From: Candidatus Latescibacterota bacterium | GTDB taxonomy: Bacteria > Latescibacterota > Latescibacteria > Latescibacterales > Latescibacteraceae | NCBI GenBank assembly: GCA_016927495.1 | Contig: JAFGMP010000263.1 | Span: 1 to 47,705, forward strand | DNA length: 47,705 nt | Direction of reading: 5' to 3' | In this document: positions 28,399 to 37,105 of the stretch, in pieces | How positions within the stretch are numbered: the first letter of the stretch is position 1 | How the letters are laid out: each line of letters starts with the position of its first letter | The notes under the pieces: model-generated | Database searches by the model: none | Seen by the model: only the letters and a program-made list of their open reading frames with translations | Told to the model about the DNA's origin: nothing | Position numbers and translations under genes: made by a program

Positions 28399-29535
28399 AT
28401 GAACAATAAAAGAATTTCACCATTCGCTGATCCGATATATATTACTCGCCCCCTTTTACCTGATTTAAACTCTTTACAGGAAAAACTCAAAGAGGTCTGG
28501 GATTCCCAATGGCTTACTAACCAGGGGAAACAACACCAGTTGTTAGAAGAAAAAATTAAAGATTTCCTTGAAATCCCATACGTTTCCTTGTTTAATAACG
28601 GAACAATTGCACTGATGGCAGCCGTAAAAAGCCTGCGTCTTGCCGGTGAAATCATTACCACACCATTTACATTTCCGGCCACACCTCATATACTTTCCTG
28701 GAATAATATCAATCCGATTTTTTGCGATATTGATCCCACTACCATGAATATTGATGCCAATAAGATTGAATCGATGATAACACCTCAAACTCAAGGAATT
28801 CTGGCTGTTCATGTTTTTGGTACTCCTTGTGATGTTTATAAGATCCAGGAAGTTGCGGATAATTATGGTTTAAAAGTAATATATGATGCAGCTCATGCTT
28901 TCGGTGTTAAAATTGATGATATTGGCATTGGTAATTTTGGTGATATTTCAATGTTTAGTTTTCATGCTACAAAATTATTTCATACTGCAGAAGGCGGTGC
29001 TTTAACTTTTAAAGATAAATGTCTGAAATCACGAATTGATTATTTAAAGAATTTTGGAATTAAAAATGAAGAAGAAGTAGTTATGTTTGGGATAAATGGC
29101 AAGATGAATGAAATTCAAGCGGTTCTCGGATTAAAAGTATTAGAACTTGTGGAAGAAGAACAAAAAAAGAGAGAAGTCCTTTTTGATACGTATGCGGAGA
29201 ATTTGAAAGGAGTTGCAGGTATTACATTGCCAAAGAAAGGCAAACATAATAGTTTTCAATATTTTGTGATACGAATTGACAAGAAAAAATTTGGATGTTC
29301 CAGAGATGACATTCATAATAAGTTTAAAAACTATAATATTTTTACCCGAAAATATTTTTACCCGTTGTGTAGCGATTACACCTGTTACAAACACCTTCAC
29401 TATTCGAATCCGGTTTATCTTCCTGTAGCACACAATATTGTAAAAGAGGTATTATGCTTACCTTTTTATGGTAGACTAACCATTAGTGATATTAATAAGA
29501 TATGCGATATTTTAAAAACATTCCGACATGAATAA
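28399..29535 (+). CDS. DegT/DnrJ/EryC1/StrS aminotransferase, VioA-like
   Basis: IYITRPLLP, WLTN, NGTIAL, TTPFTF, YDAAHAFG, SFHATKLFHTAEGG, NFG, GINGKMNE and RKYFYP. Confidence 0.9.
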   Translation: MNNKRISPFADPIYITRPLLPDLNSLQEKLKEVWDSQWLTNQGKQHQLLEEKIKDFLEIPYVSLFNNGTIALMAAVKSLRLAGEIITTPFTFPATPHILSWNNINPIFCDIDPTTMNIDANKIESMITPQTQGILAVHVFGTPCDVYKIQEVADNYGLKVIYDAAHAFGVKIDDIGIGNFGDISMFSFHATKLFHTAEGGALTFKDKCLKSRIDYLKNFGIKNEEEVVMFGINGKMNEIQAVLGLKVLELVEEEQKKREVLFDTYAENLKGVAGITLPKKGKHNSFQYFVIRIDKKKFGCSRDDIHNKFKNYNIFTRKYFYPLCSDYTCYKHLHYSNPVYLPVAHNIVKEVLCLPFYGRLTISDINKICDILKTFRHE

Positions 29536-30520
29536 AAAAAAAATATTTTTCAATATAGTCCGTTTTATGGTAGTCGCTGCAATATTTATTTACCTCTTTA
29601 AATCAGGAAAATTCGAACCGTCCAAACTCAAAGTTGCCTTTGAACGTCTTGATTTGTTCGTTCTATCAATCATTTTATTTTTTCTCGGTTTTATCCTCAG
29701 CGCATATAGATGGCGATATCTGTTAGATATCCAGAACATTTTCATCGGGAAATGGATGTCTGTCAAATTAACTCTGGTAGGTTTCTTTTTTAGCATCGCT
29801 CTTCCGGGTGCTGTAAGCGGAGATTTCGTTAAAGCTTATTATATTGCAAAAGGGAGCCGGCAAAAAGAAGTACTGGTGACATCGATATTTTTTGACAGGT
29901 TGCTCGGATTGTATACTATGATATTCGTTGCAGCTTTAGCCCTGATGTTCGGCTATATGCTTGGTTTGATTTCCGGGGATTACGGAATTTGGACACAACC
30001 GTATATGAAAGGCCTTGCAGTTTTCATCATTAGTCTTTTTCTGTTTCTTACGGTGACCGGAATACTATTTATGAGTACACGTGTCAGAAGTTCAGTATTT
30101 ATTCATTCTTTACTGCAGATGCTCCCATTTCACAATATAATAATTAAAATTTATGATGCAGTGCACCATTATGGAAAAAATCCCGTAAAAACATGCAAAG
30201 CAATGATGCTCTCTATAATTGTCCAAATCCCTGGGTTTGCAGGAATGTATACTCTCGCTCTGTTGCTCGATATAAAGGTTTTATCGTTTCTCGATTACCT
30301 TACCGCTTTGCCGGTATGTTTACTGATAAATGCTCTGCCATTGGCTCCCGGAGGTTTCGGAGTGGGAGAAGCCGGATTCAGAACAATATTCTCTTTTTAT
30401 GGCTCGCGTGAAGGCGCTGAACTGGCTTTCTTATTCCATTCGATAATATTTATATTATCGATAGGAATCGGAGGGTTAATTTACCTGCTTACCGATGTCT
30501 CAAAATCTCAGAAAAATTAG
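29528..30520 (+). CDS. Lysylphosphatidylglycerol synthase TM / AglD-like putative flippase
   Basis: Hydrophobic protein with AYRW, LPGAVSGDFVKAYY, DRLLGL and LPLAPGGFGVGE. Confidence 0.85.
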   Translation: MNKKKIFFNIVRFMVVAAIFIYLFKSGKFEPSKLKVAFERLDLFVLSIILFFLGFILSAYRWRYLLDIQNIFIGKWMSVKLTLVGFFFSIALPGAVSGDFVKAYYIAKGSRQKEVLVTSIFFDRLLGLYTMIFVAALALMFGYMLGLISGDYGIWTQPYMKGLAVFIISLFLFLTVTGILFMSTRVRSSVFIHSLLQMLPFHNIIIKIYDAVHHYGKNPVKTCKAMMLSIIVQIPGFAGMYTLALLLDIKVLSFLDYLTALPVCLLINALPLAPGGFGVGEAGFRTIFSFYGSREGAELAFLFHSIIFILSIGIGGLIYLLTDVSKSQKN

Positions 30521-30584
30521 TTTCAAACCAGAAAGAATTCATCATTTTTAGTAAATTTTTTTGGAATTTACTTATTCTATGATT

Positions 30585-31997
30585 TTATTTTAATAATTTA
30601 CTCAATTGTTCAACGGTTACTTTAGCATCACCCAATAAGAGAAAGACATCATCCTGTGAATAAAGAGGATTATCCACACCTGCATATCCAGGTTCTGTGT
30701 CCATATTGCAGATAATAACATGTTTGGATTCATTTACTTTTAAGACAGGCATACCGTATATAGGCGTGCCAACAGCAGTTATTGCTGAAGGATTGACAAC
30801 ATCATTTGCACCAATTACAATAACAACATCGATTTCACTGAACATTGGATTCACTGTCTCAATATCCAATAATTTTTCATAAGGTATATCAACTTCAGTC
30901 AATAAAACATACATATGACCGGGCATTCTTCCGGCTACGGGGTGAATCCCGAATGACACATTTTTATTCTGCTCAAGAAGCGTATTATACAATTGTTTTA
31001 CCTGTTGTTGAGCCTGTGATATTGCCATACCATAACCGGGTACTATTACGACATTTTGTGCTTCCCGTAAGATACTATCAATAGATATGCCTGTTTTCAC
31101 GGCCTTCTTTTCTTTTTGTTGCGATGGATGAAGATCGGTTTCCGTGGTCTCATTTTGCGCCTGTTCCGGCACATCAGTTACATAAGTCGTGGTTAATCCC
31201 AAAATAATTTCAAATAAAGATCGATTCATTGCCGTGCACATAACACGGGTTAAAATAAGTCCTGCAGAACCAACTATTGCTCCAACTGCAATCAATAAAG
31301 AATTCCCGATTACAAATCCTGCGACAGATGCGGCAAGGCCTGACAATGAATTTAACAACGATATGGTGATCGGCATATCCGCGCCACCGATACGAATTGT
31401 AAACAGTATGCCAAACAGCAAAGAATTAATGAGTATTATTATTGATACCGGTAATATATAACTGTGATGAGCCGCCGCAATGAAAATCAAAACCGCTAAT
31501 ACTACAATGCTTATCGTTGATATAATATTATGGCCTCGAATAATCAGAGGTTTTTGATTAATTATACGGTGTAATTTTGCCGCAGCTATTAAACTACCGC
31601 TTAATGTGATACCGCCGATTGTCAATGCAAGGCATCCGGTCATAATGGTTACAAATGATATGGTATCACCTCTTGAAAGACTAATATATGATGTTATTGC
31701 AGAGGCGCCGCCGCCGAACCCATTAAGTAAAGCTACTAATTGTGGCATTTGTATCATCGAAATTTTTACCGCTAAAAAATAACCTATTACAATACCAACT
31801 ACCAGTGAAAGCAATATCCATGTGTTAGACAATATGCCATTACTTATAAGTGTTATTATAACCGCACCCAGCATACTTATTGCACCGATAATATTTCCTT
31901 TTAATGCTGTACGGGCATGATTCATCAGTCTTATGCCGTATAAAAAACAGAAGATAAAAAACAGAAAAAGTGCTGAGTTGAGATAAGAATATATCAT
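30585..31997 (-). CDS. pntB: NAD(P) transhydrogenase beta subunit
   Basis: QMPQLVALLNGFGG, GGADMPITISLLNS, AMNRS, VPGYGMA, IHPVAGRMPGHM, GANDVVNP, GYAGVDNPL and GDAK. Confidence 0.97.
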   Translation of the reverse strand: MIYSYLNSALFLFFIFCFLYGIRLMNHARTALKGNIIGAISMLGAVIITLISNGILSNTWILLSLVVGIVIGYFLAVKISMIQMPQLVALLNGFGGGASAITSYISLSRGDTISFVTIMTGCLALTIGGITLSGSLIAAAKLHRIINQKPLIIRGHNIISTISIVVLAVLIFIAAAHHSYILPVSIIILINSLLFGILFTIRIGGADMPITISLLNSLSGLAASVAGFVIGNSLLIAVGAIVGSAGLILTRVMCTAMNRSLFEIILGLTTTYVTDVPEQAQNETTETDLHPSQQKEKKAVKTGISIDSILREAQNVVIVPGYGMAISQAQQQVKQLYNTLLEQNKNVSFGIHPVAGRMPGHMYVLLTEVDIPYEKLLDIETVNPMFSEIDVVIVIGANDVVNPSAITAVGTPIYGMPVLKVNESKHVIICNMDTEPGYAGVDNPLYSQDDVFLLLGDAKVTVEQLSKLLK

Positions 31998-32299
31998 ACA
32001 TCATCTCCTGTCTTATTATCTTTGAATTTTTTTAACATTTTATGCGTAACCTGAAAACCTGCCATGATATTTATTACTGCCATTATAATTGCCGCTGAAC
32101 CTAATATCCGGTTTTCAAGTTTAATAGCGGTTGCTGTAATTACTATCGAACCGATTACTGTAATTCCGGATAATGCGTTCATTCCGGACATAAGCGGAGT
32201 ATGGAGCATTTTCGGCACGTCACTAATGAGCTTATATCCAACAACCGATGCAATAATAAAAATAAGTAATTGTAGTATCATAATTTTGATCCTTAACAT
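31994..32299 (-). CDS. pntA: NAD(P) transhydrogenase alpha-2 (membrane) subunit
   Basis: LHTPLMSGMNALSG, INI..GF.VTHKML; TAATG and ATGA overlaps with its neighbours. Confidence 0.93.
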   Translation of the reverse strand: MLRIKIMILQLLIFIIASVVGYKLISDVPKMLHTPLMSGMNALSGITVIGSIVITATAIKLENRILGSAAIIMAVINIMAGFQVTHKMLKKFKDNKTGDDV

Positions 32300-33471
32300 T
32301 ATATACCCATTGCTTCCCGTGCTCCGGCGTGGACAATTTCACCTCCGCGGGTAACAAGGCAATGAGCGATAATTTCATCTTCCATGTCAAACGATACTGT
32401 ACCTTCCTGAATCAGATTATCAACAAAATTATATATATTGTTGGCGAACATCCATGTTGAACTCATAGGAACAGTACCCGGAATATTTTGAATTCCCATA
32501 ATACTTACATCATATTTTTCTCTAATCTTCCCGGCTTCGGTAATTTCACAATTTCCGCCCTGATCAACAGCTATATCAACGATAACCGAACCTGATTTCA
32601 TTGATTGTACCATATTATCAGTCACAAGGATTGGCGCAAGTTTTCCCGGTATTAGAGCCGATAATATAAGAATATCCGCTTTTTTAACATGATCATATAA
32701 TATTTCACGTTCTTTGTTTAACCATTCGTCAGGCAGTTTCTTTGCATAACCACCTTCGCCAACGGCAAGTTCCTGCAACACCTCAAAATCTATTAACTTT
32801 GCACCGACACTTTTAACCTGCTGACAAGCCTCCCGACGTATATCAAAACCATAAACAACAGCGCCGAGACTCTTTGCAGTTGCAATGGCCTGCAGCCCGG
32901 CAACACCTGCTCCTATCACCAAAACATTGGAAGGTGGCAACACACCGGATGCCGTGCCTATAATCGGCATAAATCTTGGCAATTTATGCGCAGCCATGAG
33001 CACTCCTTTGTAACCGGCAACAATGCTCATCGATGTTAATGCATCCATTGATTGAGCACGTGAAATTCTTGGAATCGAATCAAGCGTTAAAGAAATTACA
33101 CCTTTAGCTGCAAGGGCCCTGACCATAGTATGATTACCTGGATTTGCCGGATGAATAAACGAAATAAGATATTGACCTTCTCTCATCATATCAACTTCAT
33201 GTTTCCCGATTTTTTCATTGAAATGAGGCTCTTTTACTTTCAACAGAATGTCTGATCTCTTAAAAATATCTTCCGTGTTTTCAACAATTTCGGCGTCGAC
33301 GGACCTATATTCATCGTCAGAATAATACGAACCTATTCCCGCACCATTCTCAATAAGTACTGTGGCATTTTTACTCGTTAGTTTTTTAACAGTATCAGGT
33401 ATAGCCGCAACACGCTTTTCATCAGCTAGTATTTCTTTCGGCACCCCAAAAGTCAAACCTTGAAAATTCAC
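32299..33471 (-). CDS. pntA: NAD(P) transhydrogenase alpha-1 (NAD(H)-binding) subunit
   Basis: GVPKE, EKRVA, PRISRAQSMDALTSM, GAGVAGLQA, ALIPGKLAP and DQGGNCE; GTG start with AAAGGA RBS. Confidence 0.95.
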   Translation of the reverse strand: MNFQGLTFGVPKEILADEKRVAAIPDTVKKLTSKNATVLIENGAGIGSYYSDDEYRSVDAEIVENTEDIFKRSDILLKVKEPHFNEKIGKHEVDMMREGQYLISFIHPANPGNHTMVRALAAKGVISLTLDSIPRISRAQSMDALTSMSIVAGYKGVLMAAHKLPRFMPIIGTASGVLPPSNVLVIGAGVAGLQAIATAKSLGAVVYGFDIRREACQQVKSVGAKLIDFEVLQELAVGEGGYAKKLPDEWLNKEREILYDHVKKADILILSALIPGKLAPILVTDNMVQSMKSGSVIVDIAVDQGGNCEITEAGKIREKYDVSIMGIQNIPGTVPMSSTWMFANNIYNFVDNLIQEGTVSFDMEDEIIAHCLVTRGGEIVHAGAREAMGI

Positions 33472-33563
33472 TTGTGATTATCCTTTCTTTAAAAAAATTT
33501 TTACTCTCAGATTAATAAATTCATGGATAAAGCAATACTGATAGATTCTTATTTTCATTAAGG

Positions 33564-34031
33564 TTATTTTAACAAATATGACAGTTTATCTGCAGGTATC
33601 CACTGGCCATAATTTCTTAATACCACATATGTTTCACTGTCTTTCACTCCGGATACTTTTGATAACTGATCGGTAACAAAATCAACCAGTGTTTTATGAG
33701 ATTGTGCTAAAACAACTGCAAATAAATCGTACCGACCAGTAACAATCATTGTTGTGAGAACCGATGGCAGTTTTTCAATACGAGCTGCGCATTCAGTCAG
33801 GTGTCGGCCATCTATTTTAACCCCCACAAACGCTATATACAAATCAGGGAATTTTTCTATATTAATTAATGCGGTTGTGTGCAAAACATCTTCATTAACC
33901 AGTCGATCGAGCCGATTACGTACTGTTCCTTCGGTGATACCGATTCGCCGGCCAATTTCACGGTTGGAGAGGCGGCTGTTTTCACCAAGATATGACATTA
34001 TCTTCAAATCTATGGCATCCATATTACGCAT
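33564..34031 (-). CDS. Lrp/AsnC family transcriptional regulator
   Basis: MDAIDLKI..L..NSR.SNREIG...G.TEGTVRNRL HTH; VTGRYDL; GV..SET; AGGAG RBS. Confidence 0.92.
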   Translation of the reverse strand: MRNMDAIDLKIMSYLGENSRLSNREIGRRIGITEGTVRNRLDRLVNEDVLHTTALINIEKFPDLYIAFVGVKIDGRHLTECAARIEKLPSVLTTMIVTGRYDLFAVVLAQSHKTLVDFVTDQLSKVSGVKDSETYVVLRNYGQWIPADKLSYLLK

Positions 34032-34259
34032 TTTCTCCTTTATATATTAAATATATGTGTTTTTGCGTATTTTTGCTAAAATAAAAAAACAGAGTTTCAC
34101 AATCAAGGATATTTTTCTCCCCGCAGAAAAAATCGTTCTTATGAAAAATTTTTTGTACTATTTTTAAAAAAACAGTTATTATCTTAGTTATTATACCGCA
34201 TATAATTCCAGTCTGTTATTGTACTTTCCTGTGTTAATAAAGGACACAAGGAGAAAAAA

Positions 34260-34874
34260 ATGACGTCCCCACACAAAAACCGTAATACATATTTTATTAA
34301 AAAAGAGTTTCAGGCTAAAATCATAGCCCAGTTTATCACACTGGTGGCGACAGGAAGTTTGATATCCGGAATTTTATTATATTTTTTAATTTCAAATGAA
34401 ACCGGCTTGAAAATCATGAGTACACAACAGGATATTGACAAATGGGATATTTTACTTCCCTCGATTTTACTTTCACAACTCTCGGTGATTATACTTATAT
34501 CACTCGCCACTGTATATATGGTGCTTTATTTTTCCCATAAAATTGCCGGACCGCTTTATAAAATTGAAAAAATTATTGAAGAAATCGGAAACGGCAACTT
34601 CAAAGAATCGATAAACTTCCGTGAAAAAGATGAATTGAAACCGATAAACGCTGCCCTCCAATGTATGATTGATAATCTGCGGGAAAAAATAAACGGATTT
34701 CATTATAATTATGAGGAATTCAAAAAAATCGAGGATATTCTTCACAACGCAATTCAGACTTCAAAACTGTCGGAAAAAGATAAAAACTTGTTGGCAAAAT
34801 CGTTGGAAAAATCTCTGGTACACTACGATGACAATCTGGAGGCGTTTGTACTACCCGGAAACGGAGACTTATAA
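34260..34874 (+). CDS. Small two-TM HAMP-domain protein with a short coiled-coil tail
   Basis: RNTYFIKKEFQ, two hydrophobic helices, SHKIAGPLYKI...GNF...FREKDEL...LQCMIDNL; AAGGAG RBS. Confidence 0.8.
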   Translation: MTSPHKNRNTYFIKKEFQAKIIAQFITLVATGSLISGILLYFLISNETGLKIMSTQQDIDKWDILLPSILLSQLSVIILISLATVYMVLYFSHKIAGPLYKIEKIIEEIGNGNFKESINFREKDELKPINAALQCMIDNLREKINGFHYNYEEFKKIEDILHNAIQTSKLSEKDKNLLAKSLEKSLVHYDDNLEAFVLPGNGDL

Positions 34875-35020
34875 AATAAAAGAAAAATATAGCAGATAAA
34901 CAATAAGTATTACCGAAATACTTGTAATTCACCTAAATGTAAGATAGATATCAATTTGTAAAATGTATTATATTTGATAATACACGATAATAATTATGAC
35001 TTTATACAGAAAAGTGTTGT

Positions 35021-36139
35021 ATGAAAATGTATTTTTTAAATTCTTTGAGCGCTGAGCTACAAACCAAATGGTACGATTTTTGGATAAGATGCGACCATGC
35101 ACATGCACAACAACACACTTTATACGCTGAAATAGAATATGCAAAAGGTAGATTGCCGATTTTTATGTACGGAACACAGGATGAAACAATTGTCTGTGTC
35201 GGAATATTTAGTCTAAGTTCAGTAAATATATTAGGACATACGATAGATGCTTTATGTCTGCGCGGTTTTGCATTCGATGATTTGTCTTTGTTGCCGGAAA
35301 TGTTGGAAAGGATTATAAAATACTTTGAGTCAATAAACGTAGGAATAATACGAATATCACCATATTGGTATTTTCCTGAAGCCGATCAAGTAATTAATAT
35401 ACTTCACAATGCCGGTTACATACCATACATCCAGAATCCGGTTTTGATGGAACGGATTAAAGGCAATTCCCCTGATAAAGAACTTTATACGTCCTTAATA
35501 GACATAAGTAAAGACGACCAGGATATACTTTATTCCTTCAAGAGATCAATCAGAGCAGAGATCAAAAAACTCGGAAAATACGATATTACAATAAAACCTA
35601 TTGACAATCTTCACGATGCCAATATATTCCATAAATTTTACTCGGAAATGTGCGATAATCGTAATATGATAAAACCAACCATAAAAGAATTTAAGACCAT
35701 GTTTGAAAATATATTGGTTAAGGGTGATATAGGTATATTACTTGGAGCATACCATAATTTTAAATTCCTCGGCGGAATGTGGGTACTACGAAACAAAAAT
35801 TATACCAACGCCATGAGGCTTGTTGTGTGTCGTGACAGAATAACCGCTTGTGCATCAAAGAATTTTGGCCTCACACCATGCCTGCACTGGAACGCTATTC
35901 AGTGGGGTAAATCAAAGGGTTGTCTATACTATGATCTCGAAGGTGATGCACGAGAAGTTAAACCATCGCACCCAATGCATGGAATTTACACACAAAAACT
36001 TCTATATAATCCAATCCGCAAGGCACGAATCAATGATCATATTTATGTATGCAATGAATGGATTAACCAATTTCATGAATTTCAAAAAATGTACTATATA
36101 TTAAAACGTAAGATAAATAAACTTCACTTTCTTCGGTGA
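35021..36139 (+). CDS. FemAB/FemX-like tandem GNAT-fold protein (putative aminoacyl/acyl transferase)
   Basis: LIDISK..DILYSFKRSIRAEIKK and LHWNAIQWGKSKGCLYYDLEG; length typical of FemABX. Confidence 0.7.
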   Translation: MKMYFLNSLSAELQTKWYDFWIRCDHAHAQQHTLYAEIEYAKGRLPIFMYGTQDETIVCVGIFSLSSVNILGHTIDALCLRGFAFDDLSLLPEMLERIIKYFESINVGIIRISPYWYFPEADQVINILHNAGYIPYIQNPVLMERIKGNSPDKELYTSLIDISKDDQDILYSFKRSIRAEIKKLGKYDITIKPIDNLHDANIFHKFYSEMCDNRNMIKPTIKEFKTMFENILVKGDIGILLGAYHNFKFLGGMWVLRNKNYTNAMRLVVCRDRITACASKNFGLTPCLHWNAIQWGKSKGCLYYDLEGDAREVKPSHPMHGIYTQKLLYNPIRKARINDHIYVCNEWINQFHEFQKMYYILKRKINKLHFLR

Positions 36140-36240
36140 TTGTATTTATATAACGTTTTTGTTAACAGGCCACAGAATTATCGGAAAAAGACAAAATTCT
36201 GCTGACAAAACTGAATCCCTTACAATTCAAATGCTACCTG

Positions 36241-36444
36241 TCATTTACCATATGTCGCCGATACATTGCTTCTACCGGTTGGTGGGATAGCACCACTATT
36301 ACCATCGCCAAACTGAATGTATGATTTACCGTCATCATCGATAATGAGCATGTAATTCCTGGACATGGCGCCTCTGATTTTTTTCATTTCCGCTCTGCTT
36401 ATTTTTTTGTCTTTCGGTAAATCGAGGATTTTTATCCGTGCCAT
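36241..36444 (-). CDS. 67-aa protein: 26-aa double-glycine-type leader plus a 41-aa core
   Basis: GGGAG RBS before ATG 36444; MARIKILDLPKDKKISRAEMKKIRGA|MSRNYMLIIDDDGKSYIQFGDGNSGAIPPTGRSNVSATYGK. Confidence 0.8.
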   Translation of the reverse strand: MARIKILDLPKDKKISRAEMKKIRGAMSRNYMLIIDDDGKSYIQFGDGNSGAIPPTGRSNVSATYGK

Positions 36445-36478
36445 GAAAATAACTCCCAATAAAAAATAAACTGAGTTT

Positions 36479-36730
36479 TTAATCAAATTTCCGGATGATA
36501 GTCATTGAAGTATCAAATAAAAGTCTACTCATACCATTATAAAAGTTAACAAATTTTTGTTGTTTTCGAAGTAATTCTGTAAGATCAATTTGCGCCAATT
36601 GTCCATCTTCACCAACAGTTTGCAGTTTTTCTTCATCATCAGCCGCACCCGATCCGCCAAAAATTCTTCTCATATCTTCTTTACTGAATTTCCTGTCATC
36701 GGGTATGTCTTGAATCTTGATACGTGCCAT
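36479..36730 (-). CDS. 83-aa protein: 26-aa double-glycine-type leader plus a 57-aa helical core
   Basis: AAGGAGGT RBS before ATG 36730; MARIKIQDIPDDRKFSKEDMRRIFGG|SGAADDEEKLQTVGEDGQLAQIDLTELLRKQQKFVNFYNGMSRLLFDTSMTIIRKFD. Confidence 0.85.
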   Translation of the reverse strand: MARIKIQDIPDDRKFSKEDMRRIFGGSGAADDEEKLQTVGEDGQLAQIDLTELLRKQQKFVNFYNGMSRLLFDTSMTIIRKFD

Positions 36731-37105
36731 TGTAACTACCTCCTTGATCATTAGATACTTGTTTTCAAATACCATAACAAAGTTTTATTAAATTAGTTGC
36801 CAAAGAGATTGTCCCGTCTAAATAAACGCACAGCAGTAATACCATATGTTGGATTAGCAAAACGTTGAATATTATCCATTTTTTTTGAATTTTTTTCTTC
36901 CGGAAATTCATTGATTTTCATCAGAACAATGATTGAGAGTTACTTTCATTTTTAAGCATATTGATTAATCTAACTATATTTAGCATTTTGTCAAGATATT
37001 TTTTTTAGAATAATCGATTTATCTGTATAGATTATCTGAGCGGAAATTTAATATCATGAGTTATTATAGTTATACTTCAGAAGAATTCCATAGCATACAT
37101 ACTTT

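Noticed and set aside
36445-36775. ORF-track starts at 36486 and 36775 for the two small proteins
   Set aside because: Strong RBSs precede the internal ATGs at 36444 and 36730, where the shared leader begins.
36787-36802. Possible sigma54 box (TGGCAAC...) upstream of the leader-peptide genes
   Set aside because: The minus strand reads TGGCAACTAATTTAAT, with no GC at -12.
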